This document shows positions 51,782 through 64,000 of a DNA stretch of 64,000 bases, piece after piece. A program made the translations under genes and the position numbers. The number at the start of each line of letters is the position of its first letter. Position 1 is the stretch's first letter. The DNA comes from Macrostomum hystrix (taxonomy: Eukaryota > Animalia > Platyhelminthes), in NCBI GenBank assembly GCA_950097015.1, contig CATNEN010000014.1, positions 558,001-622,000 of the forward strand, given 5' to 3'. A model generated the notes under the pieces. The model made no database searches and was not told the origin of the DNA. It worked only from the letters and a program-made list of their open reading frames with translations.

Positions 51782-53956
51782 ATGGCAGGTGTAAGTACCA
51801 TCAATACCAACTTTTTTCCGGAAGTGTCACTGATAAAGCAAGCAGAAAAGAAACTCCATTCAGGTCAAGAAACACTAGTATAACTATATAGTTACAATAT
51901 AGTTATATAGTTATGCTATATAAAACTAAGTATTTAGTTGGCCTTGATTTAGATATTAGGCGCCATTGGAACATTCACTCAAAACAATTCGATATAAAAG
52001 AGCGTAAATGTAATTGCTGCCTGTAGTATTTTTATCGAACGAAAACTACAATAGAAAACTAAACATGGCAGGATAAACAACGCTTGAGTAATATATTCTA
52101 GGCACAATATACAAGCACGTATATATCAACAGTGAAAACATGCTTAAGGAATTTTAAAAACTTTTCAGAACGACGAAGGCACCCAAAATAGAGCGGATGA
52201 GCAGTTTAAGAGCAAAAGTATCATTTTATCACGGATTCTGGTAGCGGCAGCAAGCGAGACCACAGCCCACGGTCTGAGCAGGCTCGCCGGTCAGAGGCCT
52301 CTCTATGTCAAGATCTGCTGGCTGCTGGCCTTCCTGGCTCTCCTGGCAGTCTTCATCTTCAGCATGTTCGGATTCACAAGCAAGCTGATCAGAGGCGAGG
52401 TCAGCACTTCCTACGAGGCCGAGTCCGTGGACTTCCAGTTTCCTGACGTCTACTTCTGCAACAATGTCCAGGTGTCTGGCACCTACTCAGTGACTCTCAC
52501 CGATTCGGTTGTTGCCGACATCAACGGCCGGATGAACGGCACGTTCGCCACGTTCGACTCTGCGATGCAGCGGCTGCTGAACTCGTCGCTTGCGAACGCC
52601 ACAACGGCTCAGATCGATCAGATGAAGCTCAACAGACTGAAGGCCGTCATTCAGTCAATGCCGTACAGCCTGCTGGTGGACCAGCTCGCGCACAAGGAGC
52701 AGCAGACGGTGCTGAAGAATGACAGCAAGCTCGGCGTCTCGCTGAGCCCGTTCTATCATCCGAACCACCTCAAATGTCTGAAGGTCGACCTCACCGAGCA
52801 GAGACGCGCCGAGATGAGTAAAGTCAACTCGGAGATCAGCTTCCAGTTCATTCTCGATCCGTACTTTACTGACTTTTTAGTGCCCTTGAGAACATACAGC
52901 TTTCAGCAGGTGAACAGTGTGGTCGTGTCTTTGTACAACAACCTCGCTACTTTTGTGTACGACTGGGATCTGGACACTCCGTATGAGATCGACAGACCGA
53001 CGGGCATGAGGCTGTACCTGGCTCCGAGAGGAGAGTACCCGAGCAGGTTCGTGACCAACTTCCTGCTCGCTCCAGGCAGATCGTACAGCATCGGACTCAG
53101 CATGCAGAACGTAAAGAAGGATCCGGAAGCTTACGCCGGTCAGTGCTTGACCGAGGCTCCCGACGTGCAGTTCTTCAATCCGTACGATGGCTCGGCGTAC
53201 ACATTTCGCTACAGCAACAGCTTCTGCTACTTCTCAGAGTTTGCTCGTCAGCTGTCTCTGAACGGTTGCACACCCTACGTGAACCCGCTTCCATGGGAGT
53301 TCAGGAACTTGGCCTTCTGCCTGAATGTGAGCGGTCTGGACGAGTCTCGCATAGAGTCGAATCTCATGCAGGCCTTCATGGCCGACACAGCCTCGCTGAA
53401 CGACTTCCAGCAGCTGTGCCAGAGCAGGCAGCTGTGCCTGACACGGCAGTACGAAACCAGCGTCTCTAGCGCGAACTGGCCAAATGAGAACGGGCAGATT
53501 CGAGTTATAACTGATCTAATGAAACAAGTCTTAGATGCGACGCCCACTGTACCAAGGCCAGCTTGGACGGCCTCGTACCGCCTTGTTGAATCCTATCTTG
53601 CTAGACCAAATAATATGATTGCTGCTGAGAACTTTTCGATTAAGTTCTTCTCTCGTTCGGGCTTGAAGGTGACGCTGCGTGCCGACGAGTCTCGCAGCTC
53701 CCAGATCCGGCTGTCTTCGGGGTACTCCTTGCAAACGTACATCGCTGATGTTGGTGGCACTGCGGGCATCTACCTTGGCTGCAGCTTGCTCAGCCTTTGT
53801 GAGCTCATCGAGCTGCTCTACAATGTTATCAGTGCGATGAAGAGTCGCCAAGTGGGCAGTAATGTCTCAAGTGTGTCGAGCTCTCATGTCAGTACTGTTC
53901 AGATTGAAGCTGCTTTCGATTCGTCATGTAACTCTTTGTCCGAGAGCAATTTTTGA
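51782..53956 (+). CDS. DEG/ENaC (ASIC-like) sodium channel subunit, copy A. Micro-exon 51782-51790 (MAG) plus exon 52169-53956.
   Basis: HG gating motif (TTAHGLSRL), TM1 (ICWLLAFLALLAVFIFSMF), FPDVYFCN, Cys-rich thumb, and TM2 with GxS filter (IADVGGTAGIYLGCSLLSLCE). ATG GCA GGT|GTAAGT splices in phase 0 to TTTTCAG|AAC. Confidence 0.9.
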
Positions 53957-55812
53957 TTTGTGTCAAAGTCAGTTCGCTTCGACGACCGGCGTTTCAGGTT
54001 GTACGGGTGAGCAGCTGAGGTGTTTAATTGGAACGTGTTTATGTTATATGTTATGTTATACTTTACTTTCTGTATGTGTCTTTGGACCCTTTTTATTACT
54101 TAGTTATAATTAATAACAATAACTACTCTTACTCTACCTACCTTTACAGTTATTTCTACAGAATCGAACAAATCCTTTACGATGGTTTTAAGTGCTTAGC
54201 CAGCGCCTTGGCTTAGGAAAATTATATATAAAATATCTTAGCAAGTCAAGTTTTTTAGACGCTTTTTGCGCATTTTGGCTTTAAATCTAAAATAATGTAA
54301 ATACATAGTAAACCACTACACGAATACACGAATTCCGACTGTCTGAACAACATGCCAGCCATTGTAGCTCTGCTAATCAGAGCACTGAGCACATATAAAT
54401 GCTAAGTTTTCTATCACGGACTACTCAAGTAGATCCTATCTACTAGTGGTCCTTGTTTTCTATTTATCTTTACATCCAAAACACTTCGAAAACATGTCCC
54501 CAAATAACACATACATATTACATACTGCATATGAAAACTGAACGTTCCACAGGTTTTCTTGTCCAACGCTCTGTGATGGCCTGAGGTGAAGTTTTGTCAA
54601 TAGGTAATCACTTGCAGCACTAATAGGCCCAAAACAGAAAGGCAATGCGGCCTCTGCCATTCAGCACGCATGTTGAGAGATGTGCATCTGCATGACCGGA
54701 AATTCTCTGCATGAACTCTTTGCAACCACATTGAAAGGCACATTGCAGGAATGTAAACTTTAGACCATTTGACCATAACGGGTGTTGCGAGACATTATCT
54801 TACAGTATTATACGCAAATGCTCTATGAATATCTTCTTGACTTAGCTGCAGGGCGGTCCCAAAGAGTGATCTATGAATATCAGATGACAGATTAAAATTT
54901 TCTGCTCAGATAAATCTAATATATCACTCTTTGGAGTCCCAACATTTAGCAGTCTCGCTGTTGGTTTTCTGTCTGCTGAAAGCATTGTTACAATAGGGCA
55001 ATATACTGGCAATAGCGATAGTCATTAAAAATAGGCTAAAAAATGATTGTGCATGTCACAGGTTCTATTTTTGATATTTGCATCAGTAGTGCTCAAGTAA
55101 TTTAATTTCGACCTCAGCTCGTACACATCTCCACAGGAGATAAGAAATCGAAAGTAATGCTTAAATGCTTAAATCTGTCGCCTTTTTGGAGTTTTGTGAG
55201 TCCGGAAAGCTCAGGATATTTAAAATATAACATGAGTACAGAAAATTTTCGTCTACATGACAAAGAAACGCAGCTCTACCTACATTTCTGTATCAGCTCT
55301 AAGTTTGACACATTTGCATTGTTATATTAGAACTGTTTTATTGGCGACATTTATAAAACTCAAATTACTGAACTTGCGAGGCAGCTCTATTATGGCATAT
55401 TTGAATGTCAAAGCTGCTCTAACATTTGCTTAAGCTTTGGATTCAGAACTGCAAAGACAGGAAACTTCAGTGAGGTGGGCAACGCTGCGGGCTGCTCCCG
55501 CGGGCAAGAGCAGAGCAGGACAATGAATAACGAACTGAGCATACAGTTCCATACAGAACAGTACTGTACACGGCTTGAGAAGGGTAGAGTTTTTGATCTC
55601 AAGCCATTCAAGTGTACTCACTGCACCTTTGTGCAGTCCGAAACAGATAAAGCGCAGCAGTGTGCTGACTGGGTAAACAGTTGGATACAGGGCGGCAACA
55701 AGATACGACTAAAGACTAAAGAGTTAAGCCAGTTGACGCAATGTCACCAGCTTCACTCGGATGCCACCCTCACTGGCGTCGCATGCGAGGCGAAACCGAG
55801 GAGGCAAGTGCG

Positions 55813-57315
55813 ATGGACACGGAACTGACTGGCCTTCTGTCAGGAGGTTATGGCGTCGAGATCGCGGATGTAGATGGCGCAACAGCCAGATGTTCGACAG
55901 CTGATGAAGGCGTTCAAACTGAAAAGGCAGACACGGCACAAGTTCCTACTCGGAGCCGTAAGGCACGATTTGGCCGGAGGCTGGCGAGGAGTGCCAGGAA
56001 AAAGGTGAACCTGAGAGCAAAGCGGTGCCACCTTGCGATGGGATCTAACTCACAGCCCGTACGTAGACATTCCCAATATGATCCCCAGAAATCTGTTTTG
56101 ATTCAATTCGAAATATCTTTACCTAGACCCTGAGAACGCTACTTGAATTAATTCCAATTCTACTCATAATATCAAAAACCCTAATCCACTTAAACTTGAC
56201 CCTAAAACTCTTAAACATTAATCCACTTGACCTAGACCCTTAATCACTTCAACTAGACACTAATCCACTTGACTTAGACCCTTGATCACTTGAACTAGAC
56301 ACTAATCCACTTGACTTAGACCCTTGATCACTTGAACTACACTAATCCACTTGACTTAGACCCTTGATCACTTGAACTAGATACTAATCCACTTGACTTA
56401 GACCCTTGATCACTTGAACTAGACACTAATCCACTTGACTTAGACCCTTGATCACTTGAACTAGATACTAATCCACTTGACTTAGACCCTTGATCACTTG
56501 AACTAGATACTAATCCACTTGACTTAGACCCTTGATCACTTGAACTACACTAATCCACTTGACTTAGACCCTTGATCACCTGAACTAGACACTAATCCAC
56601 TTGACTTAGACCCTTGATCACTTGAACTACACTAATCCACTTGACTTAGACCCTTGATCACTTGAACTAGATACTAATCCACTTGACTTAGACCCTTGAT
56701 CACTTGAACTAGACACTAATCCACTTGACTTAGACCCTTGATCACTTGAACTAGACACTAATCCACTTGACTTAGACCCTTGATCACTTGAACTAGACAC
56801 TAATCCACTTGACTTAGACCCTTGATCACTTGAACTAGACACTAATCCACTTGACTTAGACCCTTGATCACTTGAACTAGACACTAATCCACTTGACTTA
56901 GACCCTTGATCACTTGAACTAGACACTAATCCACTTGACGTAGACCCTTGATCACTTGAACTATACACTAATCCACTTAATAAAGACTCTATTACACTTG
57001 GAATAGACCCCAAAACGCTTGAAAAAACCGATTCCTGACCCACTTGAAATAGGACCCTTACCCACTTGAAATAGGACCCCTAACCACTAGACAGGTAATA
57101 GAAATAGACAGGTAAAAGCAGGTTTGACTAAGTCTTTCGCATCCTTCAAACAGCTCACCCGCATATTTCGAAGCCTGTGGCGCGGCCTGCGAAAGTCGGC
57201 TACCTCGAGAGGCCCGCTGAGCGGCCAGGACTGGCTGCTGGGCATGGAGTGGCTGGCATCGCTCCCCGCCTCAGGCATGTCAACTGGCTGGACTCAGCAG
57301 AGCTCTAAGGATTAA
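55813..57315 (+). CDS. Possible small basic protein (135 aa) between the two channels. Exons 55813-56058 and 57154-57315.
   Basis: Two GC-richer islands joined by a phase-0 GTACGT...AAACAG intron that contains the 42-bp array. Arg-rich middle (RSRKARFGRRLARSARKK). No family recognised. Confidence 0.35.
56220..56985. repeat. 42-bp repeat, ~18 copies.
   Basis: Unit ACTAATCCACTTGACTTAGACCCTTGATCACTTGAACTAGAC. Confidence 0.97.
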
Positions 57316-57339
57316 ATGGCGATCAGACTCACATATATC

Positions 57340-57342
<3 letters not shown>

Positions 57343-57373
<31 letters not shown>
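57343..57373. repeat. (TA)n microsatellite.
   Basis: Direct reading. Confidence 0.95.
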
Positions 57374-57378
<5 letters not shown>

Positions 57379-57994
57379 TCACATATATACATATAGCGCT
57401 CATATATCATAAAATGTACTTGTACATATTATTTATTATATCCTATACATGTCATGCACCTATCAATTAAAGCGAAGTATAATTAATAACTAACAAGGCC
57501 GTGTCAAATCAGGCACTGGATTGGAGCCGGTATAAAACACTCGCAATAATTCCCTGTAGACAATAACATCCGATGTTACTACAGGATACTCGTTGTTAAG
57601 GCTATATAAGGCAATAATTTCTCCCCAACTTGTAGATGAAAATAAATTTATCTCCCGGTTTCAACTTTTGAATGAAATAAACAGCTACCAGAATTTTTGT
57701 AAAGTCCGTTGCCTTCCTCATACACACTTGTTGGTGATACTCTTCCGTCTCAGTCCAATCTTGAAGCCCGGTCTGAACTTATGACAAAATCATTTGTCCT
57801 GACCAAAATCCGATTGAGGAAAATATTTCAACACCGAAACAAAGTTAATTAGACATTGGTTTGTATTGATTATTTGTACAGGTGAATTCTCGACAACGCA
57901 AACGCACGGGACGGTGGGATTGCGGATTATTGAGCTATAAGGCCACATTTTGACGTACAGAAGAATTAGTCGACATCCAATGCCAAAATTTGCA

Positions 57995-59791
57995 CTACTC
58001 ATCAGTTTCCATCGAATGAACACGCAGCTCTACATCGGCCATGACAGATATTGAAGTGGTGACAGTCGAGGAAGCCAAGTTGACGTGAATGACTTTCGTG
58101 TCGGATACGGGCGGCCTCCGGGCCCGGGTAAGCAGGCTGTAGAGCAACTCAAGGAGCTCGCAGAGGCTCAGCAAACTGCAGCCCAGGTAGATGCCTGCTG
58201 TACCACCAAGGTCGGAAATGTACGATTGGAAAGAATATCCGGATGAGAGACGAATCTGAGAGCTGCGAGACTCGAGAGTGCGGAGCGTGACCTTCAGCCC
58301 GGCGCGGGCGAAGAACTTTCCGGCATAGAATTCAGCTGAAGAGATCTCGAATTCTGTGCTTTCATAAAGTGAAACCATGCGATTCGTGGCATACCAGGCT
58401 GGTCTATAAACAGAAGGAGTCGAGTCTAGGATTTCTTTCATGAGGCCGGTTATTAGGCGAACCTGTCCGTTCTCATTTGGCCAGTTCGCACTAGAGACGC
58501 TGGTTTCGTACTGCCGTGTCAGGCACAGCTGCCTGCTCTGGCACAGCTGCTGGAAGTCGTTCAGCGAGGCTGTGTCGGCCATGAAGGCCTGCATGAGATT
58601 CGACTCTATGCGAGACTCGTCCAGACCGCTCACATTCAGGCAGAAGGCCAAGTTCCTGAACTCCCATGGAAGCGGGTTCACGTAGGGTGTGCAACCGTTC
58701 AGAGACAGCTGACGAGCAAACTCTGAGAAGTAGCAGAAGCTGTTGCTGTAGCGAAATGTGTACGCCGAGCCATCGTACGGATTGAAGAACTGCACGTCGG
58801 GAGCCTCGGTCAAGCACTGACCGGCGTAAGCTTCCGGATCCTTCTTTACGTTCTGCATGCTGAGTCCGATGCTGTACGATCTGCCTGGAGCGAGCAGGAA
58901 GTTGGTCACGAACCTGCTCGGGTACTCTCCTCTCGGAGCCAGGTACAGCCTCATGCCCGTCGGTCTGTCGATCTCATACGGAGTGTCCAGATCCCAGTCG
59001 TACACAAAAGTAGCGAGGTTGTTGTACAAAGACACGACCACACTGTTCACCTGCTGAAAGCTGTATGTTCTCAAGGGCACTAAAAAGTCAGTAAAGTACG
59101 GATCGAGAATGAACTGGAAGCTGATCTCCGAGTTGACTTTACTCATCTCGGCGCGTCTCTGCTCGGTGAGGTCGACCTTCAGACATTTGAGGTGGTTCGG
59201 ATGATAGAACGGGCTCAGCGAGACGCCGAGCTTGCTGTCATTCTTCAGCACCGTCTGCTGCTCCTTGTGCGCGAGCTGGTCCACCAGCAGGCTGTACGGC
59301 ATTGACTGAATGACGGCCTTCAGTCTGTTGAGCTTCATCTGATCGATCTGAGCCTTTGTGGCGTTCGCAAGCGACGAGTTCAGCAGCCGCTGCATCGCAG
59401 AGTCGAACGTGGCGAACGTGCCGTTCATCCGGCCGTTGATGTCGGCAACAACCGAATCGGTGAGAGTCACTGAGTAGGTGCCAGACACCTGGACATTGTT
59501 GCAGAAGTAGACGTCAGGAAACTGGAAGTCCACGGACTCGGCCTCGTAGGAAGTGCTGACCTCGCCTCTGATCAGCTTGCTTGTGAATCCGAACATGCTG
59601 AAGATGAAGACTGCCAGGAGAGCCAGGAAGGCCAGCAGCCAGCAGATCTTGACATAGAGAGGCCTCTGACCGGCGAGCCTGCTCAGACCGTGGGCTGTGG
59701 TCTCGCTTGCTGCCGTTAGCAGAATCTGCGATGCTTGAAGCCGGGCACTTTCTGGTTGTCCAGCTGCTATCGGAGCCGCGTTTTCTCTCAT
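57995..59791 (-). CDS. DEG/ENaC sodium channel subunit, copy B; intronless as seen.
   Basis: Same motifs as copy A, with TM2 ISDLGGTAGIYLGCSLLSLCE. First ATG at 59791 (the ORF track's 59866 start is a TTG). Confidence 0.9.
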   Translation of the reverse strand: MRENAAPIAAGQPESARLQASQILLTAASETTAHGLSRLAGQRPLYVKICWLLAFLALLAVFIFSMFGFTSKLIRGEVSTSYEAESVDFQFPDVYFCNNVQVSGTYSVTLTDSVVADINGRMNGTFATFDSAMQRLLNSSLANATKAQIDQMKLNRLKAVIQSMPYSLLVDQLAHKEQQTVLKNDSKLGVSLSPFYHPNHLKCLKVDLTEQRRAEMSKVNSEISFQFILDPYFTDFLVPLRTYSFQQVNSVVVSLYNNLATFVYDWDLDTPYEIDRPTGMRLYLAPRGEYPSRFVTNFLLAPGRSYSIGLSMQNVKKDPEAYAGQCLTEAPDVQFFNPYDGSAYTFRYSNSFCYFSEFARQLSLNGCTPYVNPLPWEFRNLAFCLNVSGLDESRIESNLMQAFMADTASLNDFQQLCQSRQLCLTRQYETSVSSANWPNENGQVRLITGLMKEILDSTPSVYRPAWYATNRMVSLYESTEFEISSAEFYAGKFFARAGLKVTLRTLESRSSQIRLSSGYSFQSYISDLGGTAGIYLGCSLLSLCELLELLYSLLTRARRPPVSDTKVIHVNLASSTVTTSISVMADVELRVHSMETDE

Positions 59792-60058
59792 TTTCAGCGG
59801 GTGCAGCCTCAGCTTGGAATGATTTGCTCTTGTGGTTAGAGACCGAAGTGCATTGCTTATAATCAAGTTTTTACATGAGTATTACGTGGCAGCAATGGTT
59901 CCATCATGATAATTGCCATATTTCTTGGTGCTAAGTTAATTAGGATTAGGATAATCCAATTAGGATGTCAGAGCAGGTGAGTGCTGCTAACAATTTAGCA
60001 AAACGACATTCATTATGCCTTCCCAGCTCTAATCGCTTGACTAATATTTTCGGCAGCT

Positions 60059-60240
60059 TTGTGCAATTCAATAATCTAATTGCATTTAGTACACCCCATT
60101 TTAGGGAAGTAGACGCTAATTACAATTAATTGCTCATCGCTAGGTTCGTTGTGCAATTCAATAATCTAATTGCTTTTAGTACACCCCATTTTAGGGAAGT
60201 AGACGCTAATTACAATTAATTGCTCATTGCTAGGTTCGTT
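60059..60240. repeat. 90-bp tandem duplication (2 copies).
   Basis: GTGCAATTCAATAATCTAATTGC at 60061 and 60151. Confidence 0.95.
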
Positions 60241-60284
60241 GGCATGCTGTGACAATTTAGAATCTAGATGTTCTTTGCACTGAA

Positions 60285-61790
60285 CACCCGTACTATACTA
60301 CATCACCCGTACTAGGCTACAATCACCCGTACCAGACTACATCACCCGTACTAGACTACATCACCCGTACTAGATTACATCACCCGTACTAGACTACAAT
60401 CGCCCGTACTAGAGTACAATCGCCCGTACTAGACTACATCACCCGTACTAGACTACATCACCCGTACTAGACTACAATCGCCCGTACTAGATTACATCAC
60501 CCGTACTAGACTACAATCGCCCGTACTAGACTACATCACCCGTACTAGGCTACAATCACCCGTACCAGACTACATCACCCGTACTAGACTACAATCGCCC
60601 GTACTAGACTACATCACCCGTACTAGGCTACAATCACCCGTACCAGACTACATCACCCGTACTAGACTACAATCGCCCGTACTAGACTACATCACCCGTA
60701 CTAGGCTACAATCACCCGTACCAGACTACATCACCCGTACTAGATTACATCACCCGTACTAGACTACAATCGCCTGTACTAGACTACAATCGCCCGTACT
60801 AGATTACATCACCCGTACTAGACTACATCACCCGTACTAGATTACATCACCCGTACTAGACTACAATCGCCCGTACTAGATTACATCACCCGTACTAGAT
60901 TACATCACCCGTACTAGATTACATCACCCGTACTAGACTACAATCGCCCGTACTAGACTACAATCGCCCGTACTAGATTACATCACCCGTACTAGACTAC
61001 AATCACCCGTACTAGACTACAATCGCCCGTACTAGACTACAATCACCCGTACTAGACTACAATCACCCGTACTAGACTACATCACCCGTACTAGACTACA
61101 TCACCCGTACTAGACTACAATCACCCGTACTAGACTACAATCACCCGTACTAGACTACAATCGCCCGTACTAGACTACAATCACCCGTACTAGACTACAA
61201 TCGCCCGTACTAGACTACAATCACCCGTACTAGACTACAATCACCCGTACTAGACTACATCACCCGTACTAGACTACATCACCCGTACTAGACTACAATC
61301 GCCCGTACTAGACTACAATCACCCGTACTAGACTACAATCGCCCGTACTAGACTACAATCGCCCGTACTAGACTACAATCACCCGTACTAGACTACAATC
61401 GCCCGTACTAGACTACAATCACCCGTACTAGACTACAATCACCCGTACTAGACTACATCACCCGTACTAGACTACAATCGCCCGTACTAGACTACAATCA
61501 CCCGTACTAGACTACAATCGCCCGTACTAGACTACAATCACCCGTACTAGACTACAATCGCCCGTACTAGACTACATCACCCGTACTAGACTACATCACC
61601 CGTACTAGACTACAATCGCCCGTACTAGACTACATCACCCGTACTAGACTACATCACCCGTACTAGACTACATCACCCGTACTAGACTACATCACCCGTA
61701 CTAGACTACAATCACCCGTACTAGACTACAATCACCCGTACTAGACTACATCACCCGTACTAGACTACAATCGCCCGTACTAGACTACAT
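60285..61790. repeat. 19/20-bp repeat (CCCGTACTAGACTACA(ATCG/ATCA/TCA)), ~1.5 kb.
   Basis: Direct reading. Confidence 0.97.
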
Positions 61791-62357
61791 CAAATATCAA
61801 ATATCAAATATTTGCCAGGAAGAACTGGCAAATATATCTTGTGAAGTAGATAAAATATACCCTAAGCAAGCCGACCACATGGGCATTGGGTGTCTGCTGA
61901 ACTAGTTTATTATGGCCTTATAAATTGATTGACTTTAAATTGAAAAAAGCGGTTGGCGCAAATGCTCAGAGTTAAATAAACGTTTACAAAAGTTAGCGAG
62001 CAGTAAAGCAGCGAAATGCAGCACCAACAATATTGCACTTGAAAAGCAGTTATAGCAAGCACAAGCCAGAGCATCAGTGCAATGAGAGACTGTGAGATGC
62101 GGAGCTACATACGAGTACAAGTCAAAATTCGGGGCGAAAATAGAATAACTGGACTGAACAAAAAGCATTTTGGTAAGCTCTATATACGAGCTATGATACT
62201 AGAAGTAGCAGAATTAACAACTGCAGTCGTGATAAATTTGCGAAAAAAGAGCGAAAGCAGAGAAAGTGCAAATAAATGAATATTTGAATGAACCGACTTA
62301 AAAAGCAAATCGCAGTGGTGAGTTGCTGACCATGAGCCATGGTCACAATTTTCATAC

Positions 62358-62748
62358 CCAGATTGGTCTGACACACTGACACAGATTGGTCTGACACACT
62401 GACACAGATTTGTCTGACACACTGACACAGATTGGTCTGACACACTGACACAGATTGGTCTGACACACTCACCCAGATTGGTCTGACACACTGACACAGA
62501 TTGGTCTGACACACTGACACAGATTGGTCTGACACACTGACACAGATTGGTCTGACACACTGACACAGATTGGTCTGACACACTCACCCAGATTGGTCTG
62601 ACACACTGACACAGATTGGTCTGACACACTGACACAGATTTGTCTGACACTCACCCAGATTGGTCTGACACTCACCCAGATTGGTCTGACACTCACCCAG
62701 ATTGGTCTGACACTCACCCAGATTGGTCTGACACTCACCCAGATTGGT
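62358..62748. repeat. 23-bp then 21-bp repeat (CAGATTGGTCTGACAC...) just downstream of CDC45.
   Basis: Direct reading. Confidence 0.95.
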
Positions 62749-62897
62749 ATGCAGGGGTGCAGAGTTTCGGCCCAGCGCTGATTTATAAGCAGCAGCGATC
62801 TGTAACCCACACGGATATTCAATTTGAATTTAACCAATCAAAGCGAACGCAGAACAAGAACGTGGAGGGCCTATCTGGGAGGCAAGACTGTCCCAGG

Positions 62898-64000
62898 TCA
62901 GGACATGATGTTGACCAGGGCGTCGCAGAATTTCCTGGCGTCCTCGCGGTGCAGCCGCACGGCGTGACCATCGAACTCGGCTTCGCCGAGAGCGCGGCAG
63001 CCGCGGGCGGCCTCCAGCATGGCGACGCGGAAAACGTTGCGCGAGTCCTCGGCGCCCACAGGCGGCAGGCCGAGGAACACGGCGTTGAACTCGGCGGCCA
63101 CAGCTGGCCCCGGCATCTGGCAGGTAGCGAGCAGCGGCAGCTGGCTGGCCTTCCGGAACTTGGCCAGGCTGACGAAGCCCCTCTGCACCAAGCTGGCCAA
63201 CAGGTACAGCGCAGCCGGGCCCGCCTGTTCGGGCAGCGACACGAATAGGAAGGGGCCGAGGTTCACCACCGAGCCCTGGTCCAGCAGCGCTTGCACCTGC
63301 TCGGTCTGGGGTCGAAGGGGCCGCGCCAGCGTTGAGTTTTTCCCTCATGGATTATTAAGGCAAGCTCAGGTGTCCCTCAACAGCCAGCCCTGCAGCCTCA
63401 CCTGTCCGCTAAGCCAGTCGCGCACGAGGACGAGGTCGCGGCACATGGCCTCGCTGCACTCGATGCTGACGCAGTCGATGCCGGCGCAGAACTCGCCCCG
63501 GGTGAGGTGGCAGGCACAGAGCAGGGCGCAGTCAGTTGCCACCAGGGTCGGCCGGAAGGCGGCTTTGGCGGTGAAGGTGGGCAGGAAGAGCCGCTCCGGT
63601 TCCAGGTGGAACTTTTCTGCAAACGAGTTGTTGAAAAAAACTAAGTCTGAAATCGGCAACCAATCAGAATCCGAATAAACGGGAGCATTCAACAGCAGAA
63701 AAAGAAGCAGAATCCGCAGGAAGCAAGCAGGGGCAAGGCTACAGACCTGCCAGTCGGCTGAAGGTGCTCTCCAGGCCAGTCTGCAGCTGCAAGGCCATGC
63801 AGTCGAACGGCTGACGAGCTTCGCGCTGGGCGATGCCAGCGTCGGCCAGAAACTGCAACAGCCGCTGCCTGCCGCGGGAACCAAACAGCTGCAGCGTGCA
63901 GGCAGTGTGCGGACTGCAGCGCATGCAGTCCTCCAGGCACCAGTGGCGCAGCAGCCACAGGTTCAGGCAGCGGCTGAACTGCAGCTCAGCGGGGGACGAG
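62898..64000 (-). CDS. CDC45: Cell division control protein 45, 3' exons >64000-63747, 63616-63402, 63305-62898.
   Basis: LLRHWCLEDCM...GRQRLLQFLADAGI..REARQPF matches CDC45 HWSL...GQKRLQEFLADMG. Also VVNLGPFLFVSL, LPLL and GLPP...RNVF, with terminal KFCDALVNIMS against KFLDALISLLS. Confidence 0.92.

Noticed and set aside
53975-54030. GAAACGCCGGTC on the minus strand, resembling a hammerhead 3' half
   Set aside because: There is no CUGANGA core or stem I partner in the right place.
33104-59791. Idea that the neuropeptide is the ligand of the neighbouring ENaCs (as for FaNaC/HyNaC)
   Set aside because: Nothing in the sequence links them, and proximity at 20 kb means little in an animal genome.
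59938-59965. TTAGG-like motifs suggesting interstitial telomeric repeat
   Set aside because: Only 2-3 imperfect copies, which is expected by chance.

Overview
This is animal genomic DNA, not prokaryotic. It has GT-AG introns, GC3-rich exons, and roughly 18 kb (~28%) of minisatellite arrays, mostly in introns and between genes. That organisation resembles a Macrostomum-type free-living flatworm; this is an inference and was not verified. Genes spliced by hand: a catalytically dead cholinesterase-like/neuroligin-like protein (-, runs off the left edge), p70 S6 kinase (+), a 4-TM hypothetical protein (-), a helical hypothetical protein (-), an RH-C1-DH-PH RhoGEF (-), a single-exon neuropeptide precursor (+), synaptogyrin (-), a Macro-TIR-TIR-TIR protein (+), two convergent DEG/ENaC channel paralogues, and the 3' part of CDC45 (-). 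Mobile or RNA elements: a 557-bp MITE with 8-bp TSD, a tRNA-like SINE family (3 copies) and a minimal hammerhead ribozyme. The best candidates for something new are: (1) the Macro + triple-TIR protein, which looks like a Thoeris-like NAD+/ADPR signal writer and reader in one animal polypeptide; (2) an S6K whose spliced C-terminus ends in a Rheb-like CaaX box; (3) inverted ENaC paralogues sharing a near-identical 1249-bp block; (4) a precursor containing a C-x10-C WRPC (MCH-like) ring. All exon boundaries are manual GT-AG and frame predictions, with no transcript evidence and no database searches.
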